In this document: positions 61,789 to 64,000 of the stretch, piece by piece | How positions within the stretch are numbered: position 1 is the stretch's first letter | Layout: each line of letters starts with the position of its first letter | Assembly (NCBI GenBank): GCA_050290185.1 | Contig: JBNKHE010000005.1 | Coordinates: 32,001 to 96,000 of the forward strand | Reading direction: 5' to 3' | Source: Pontiella sp. | GTDB taxonomy: Bacteria; Verrucomicrobiota; Kiritimatiellia; Kiritimatiellales; Pontiellaceae | DNA: 64,000 nt | Translations under genes and position numbers: made by a program | Notes under the pieces: generated by a model | Databases searched by the model: none | What the model was told of the DNA's origin: nothing | Seen by the model: the letters and a program-made list of their open reading frames with translations, nothing else

Positions 61789-62460
61789 GTGGAAAATGTA
61801 AAAACAATTGCGATAGACGGGCCGTCGGCCTCTGGGAAGTCTACGGTTTCAAAAGGCGTGGCCACAGAGCTCGGATTCATTTACGTGGATTCAGGAGCAT
61901 TGTATCGCGGAGTGACATGGCAGGCCTTGCTCAAGGGCGTGGATCCGAAGAATGCTGAAGCGGTGATTGATGCCATGCACAATGCCGAATGGGATTTCTT
62001 TGTACAGGATGGGGCCGCTGTCTTTTCGGTTGATGGCAATGTTCCTGTGCAGGAGTTGCGCGAAAAGGATGTCCGCGAGTCGGTCGCTGATGTCGCGGCC
62101 ATTCCAGAGGTACGTAAGTTTGTGGTCGGCAGTCTCCAGTCGCTGGCCAACTTTGGCTCTCTGGTAATGGAAGGGCGCGATATCGGAACCGTCGTTTTTC
62201 CGGATTCGCCCTACAAGTTTTATCTTGATGCCGATCCCGAAGAACGGGCGATGCGGCGCTACCGGGAACTGGTTGCGGCCGGCGAGGATGAAAAGGCGCA
62301 CGAAGTCATGGAAAGCCTCAAGAAGCGCGACCAGATCGACTCGACCCGCAAAACGGATCCCCTGGTGGTGGCGCCGGGAGCGCATGTGATCGACAGTACA
62401 TCGATGACGCTTGAAGAAGTGATCCAGACCGTAACCAAGGCCGTGAAAGGGGAATCATGA
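61789..62460 (+). CDS. cmk: Cytidylate kinase
   Basis: IAIDGPSASGKST, MEGRDIGTVVFP. Confidence 0.96.
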   Translation: MENVKTIAIDGPSASGKSTVSKGVATELGFIYVDSGALYRGVTWQALLKGVDPKNAEAVIDAMHNAEWDFFVQDGAAVFSVDGNVPVQELREKDVRESVADVAAIPEVRKFVVGSLQSLANFGSLVMEGRDIGTVVFPDSPYKFYLDADPEERAMRRYRELVAAGEDEKAHEVMESLKKRDQIDSTRKTDPLVVAPGAHVIDSTSMTLEEVIQTVTKAVKGES

Positions 62461-63107
62461 TTGATCCGGTAAAGCACGAAGTCATGGCCGACATGCGCGT
62501 ATATCAGTTTTCCACACGCCTGTTTAAGCTGTTCTTGCTGATCTGGCATCGGCTGCGTATCCGCGGTGTGGAAAATATTCCCGAGCGGGGCGGCGTGCTG
62601 GTGGCCTCGAACCATGCCAGTTTTCTTGACCCGCCGGTCGTCGGCGTGGGCTATCGCGGCCGGCCGATCCACTTCATGGCGCGCGACACTCTCTGGAATT
62701 CAAAATTCGGGAAGTGGTGGATGGATCGGGTTGGATGTATTCCTGTTTCCCGCGGAACGGGTGACGTGAAAGCGCTGAAGCTGACGATCAAGGCCCTGAA
62801 GGAAGGGAAAGCCGTATCCATGTTTCCGGAAGGAACCCGTACCGAGACCGGCGAATTACAGGAAGCCAAAGGCGGCATCGGGTTCATTATCGAAAAGTCC
62901 GGTTGCGTGGTCGTTCCGGCCTACATCAACGGCACCTACAAAGCCCACCCCAAAGGCACTAAATTCATCAAGCCCTGCAAAGTAACCATTACCTATGGAA
63001 AGCCCATCACCCAGGAGGATTTCCAGGCTTTGGGTAGCGGTCGTGACGCCTATGATAAGCACGCCGCACTGATCATGCAGCGCATTGCCGATCTTAAGGA
63101 AGGTTGA
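62457..63107 (+). CDS. plsC: 1-acyl-sn-glycerol-3-phosphate acyltransferase
   Basis: NHASFLD, FPEGTR. Confidence 0.92.
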   Translation: MIDPVKHEVMADMRVYQFSTRLFKLFLLIWHRLRIRGVENIPERGGVLVASNHASFLDPPVVGVGYRGRPIHFMARDTLWNSKFGKWWMDRVGCIPVSRGTGDVKALKLTIKALKEGKAVSMFPEGTRTETGELQEAKGGIGFIIEKSGCVVVPAYINGTYKAHPKGTKFIKPCKVTITYGKPITQEDFQALGSGRDAYDKHAALIMQRIADLKEG

Positions 63108-63160
63108 TGGATCATCAACTTGACCAACTTGGCCAACCAGTATGCTTGCGGAGGTTGGGC

Positions 63161-63241
63161 ATGAAAAAACGAATCAACATATACGAAGCCAGGACGCATC
63201 GTTCCGGGGTGATCAAGCAGGTCAAGGTGGTTTCGGAATGA
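63161..63241 (+). pseudogene. Truncated Phd/YefM-type antitoxin fragment
   Basis: MKKRINIYEARTHRSGVIKQVKVVSE*, GGAGG RBS; resembles the Phd N-terminus (vNIyEAKthLS); stop overlaps recQ ATG. Confidence 0.55.
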
Positions 63242-64000
63242 AGCAGGCACACGACGCGCTCCATCGTATTTTCGGGTTCCGCAGCTTCCGTCCAAATCAG
63301 GAGGCGATCGTCTCGAACATTCTGGCCGGGCATGATGTCTTTGCGGTGATGCCGACCGGCGGTGGAAAGTCGCTCTGCTACCAGTTGCCGGCCCATTTGC
63401 TCGACGGACTGTGCGTGGTGATCAGTCCGCTGATTTCGCTGATGAAGGACCAGGTCGATGCGGCCAAGGCCAATGGGCTTGATGCGGAATTCCTGAACAG
63501 TTCACTCGCACCAAAGGATCGGGTGCGCGTGTATCAGGCGCTGGAAAACCATCAGCTCGATCTGCTCTACGTTTCTCCGGAGCGTTTTGCGATGCCCGAC
63601 TTCATGATTACGCTCAAGCAGGCGAAGGTCTCTTTTTTTGCGATCGACGAAGCGCACTGTATCTCGGAGTGGGGGCACGATTTCCGTCCGGATTATCTCT
63701 TGCTCTCCAATATCGTTGAGCATTTCCCAAAAGCAACCATTGCCGCCTTTACGGCTACGGCGACGCATAAGGTTTCGGACGATATCATTAAAAAACTCGG
63801 TCTGCGCAATCCGCATCTGACGCGCGCCTCGTTCGATCGTCCAAACCTGTTCTACCAGGTGGTTCCGAAAGAAAATCTGGATCTGCAAATCCTGCATTTC
63901 CTGCACGAGCACAAGAATGAATCAGGCATCATCTACCGGACCACGCGCAAAAACGTCGAATCGACGGCGGAATTCCTACAGGAGCAGGGTATACAGGCCC
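63238..64000 (+). CDS. recQ: ATP-dependent DNA helicase RecQ (runs off window)
   Basis: Read manually: FGFRSFRPNQ, MPTGGGKSLCYQLP, IDEAHCISEWGHDFRPDY, FTATA. Confidence 0.95.
   Translation, partial: MKQAHDALHRIFGFRSFRPNQEAIVSNILAGHDVFAVMPTGGGKSLCYQLPAHLLDGLCVVISPLISLMKDQVDAAKANGLDAEFLNSSLAPKDRVRVYQALENHQLDLLYVSPERFAMPDFMITLKQAKVSFFAIDEAHCISEWGHDFRPDYLLLSNIVEHFPKATIAAFTATATHKVSDDIIKKLGLRNPHLTRASFDRPNLFYQVVPKENLDLQILHFLHEHKNESGIIYRTTRKNVESTAEFLQEQGIQA

Overview
Core-chromosome window of a bacterium of roughly mid-50s % GC (estimated by eye). Gene content suggests a marine PVC-group, possibly Kiritimatiellota/Pontiella-like, organism; this is inference only. Left to right: a V-type ATPase operon (E, C-like, A, B, D, I running off the window), an M28/glutaminyl-cyclase-like lipoprotein, recA, a SulP transporter, a decayed ppk2, nqrABCDEF, a polyprenyl synthase divergent from a KamA radical SAM gene, a cold-shock gene, YyaL, an ECF sigma/anti-sigma pair behind a partial gspF-G-H cluster, xerD, purC, tkt, gdh, a second prenyl synthase, orphan secreted proteins and mazG. 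Then a ~17 kb surface-glycan/LPS region (sugar dehydrogenase, glycosyltransferases, FkbM, three sulfotransferase-like genes, two ELM1-like genes, MsbA-like ABC, LpxL, LptF/G) interrupted by a LexA/UmuD-like plus Y-family polymerase cassette. Finally ffs-dnaX-ybaB-recR, tRNA-Asn, sod, tyrA-aroA-cmk-plsC and the start of recQ. No CRISPR array, prophage or intact IS was seen. The most interesting signals are: (1) the lexA/umuD-polymerase cassette, whose promoter spacer holds a perfect TGAAC-N4-GTTCA palindrome echoed in the recA promoter and whose ~120 nt leader has competing pairings that could hide the Shine-Dalgarno; (2) two tandem A9/A10 slippage sites in dnaX; (3) an elongated SRP RNA; (4) dispersed degenerate heptamer repeats that invade coding sequences.
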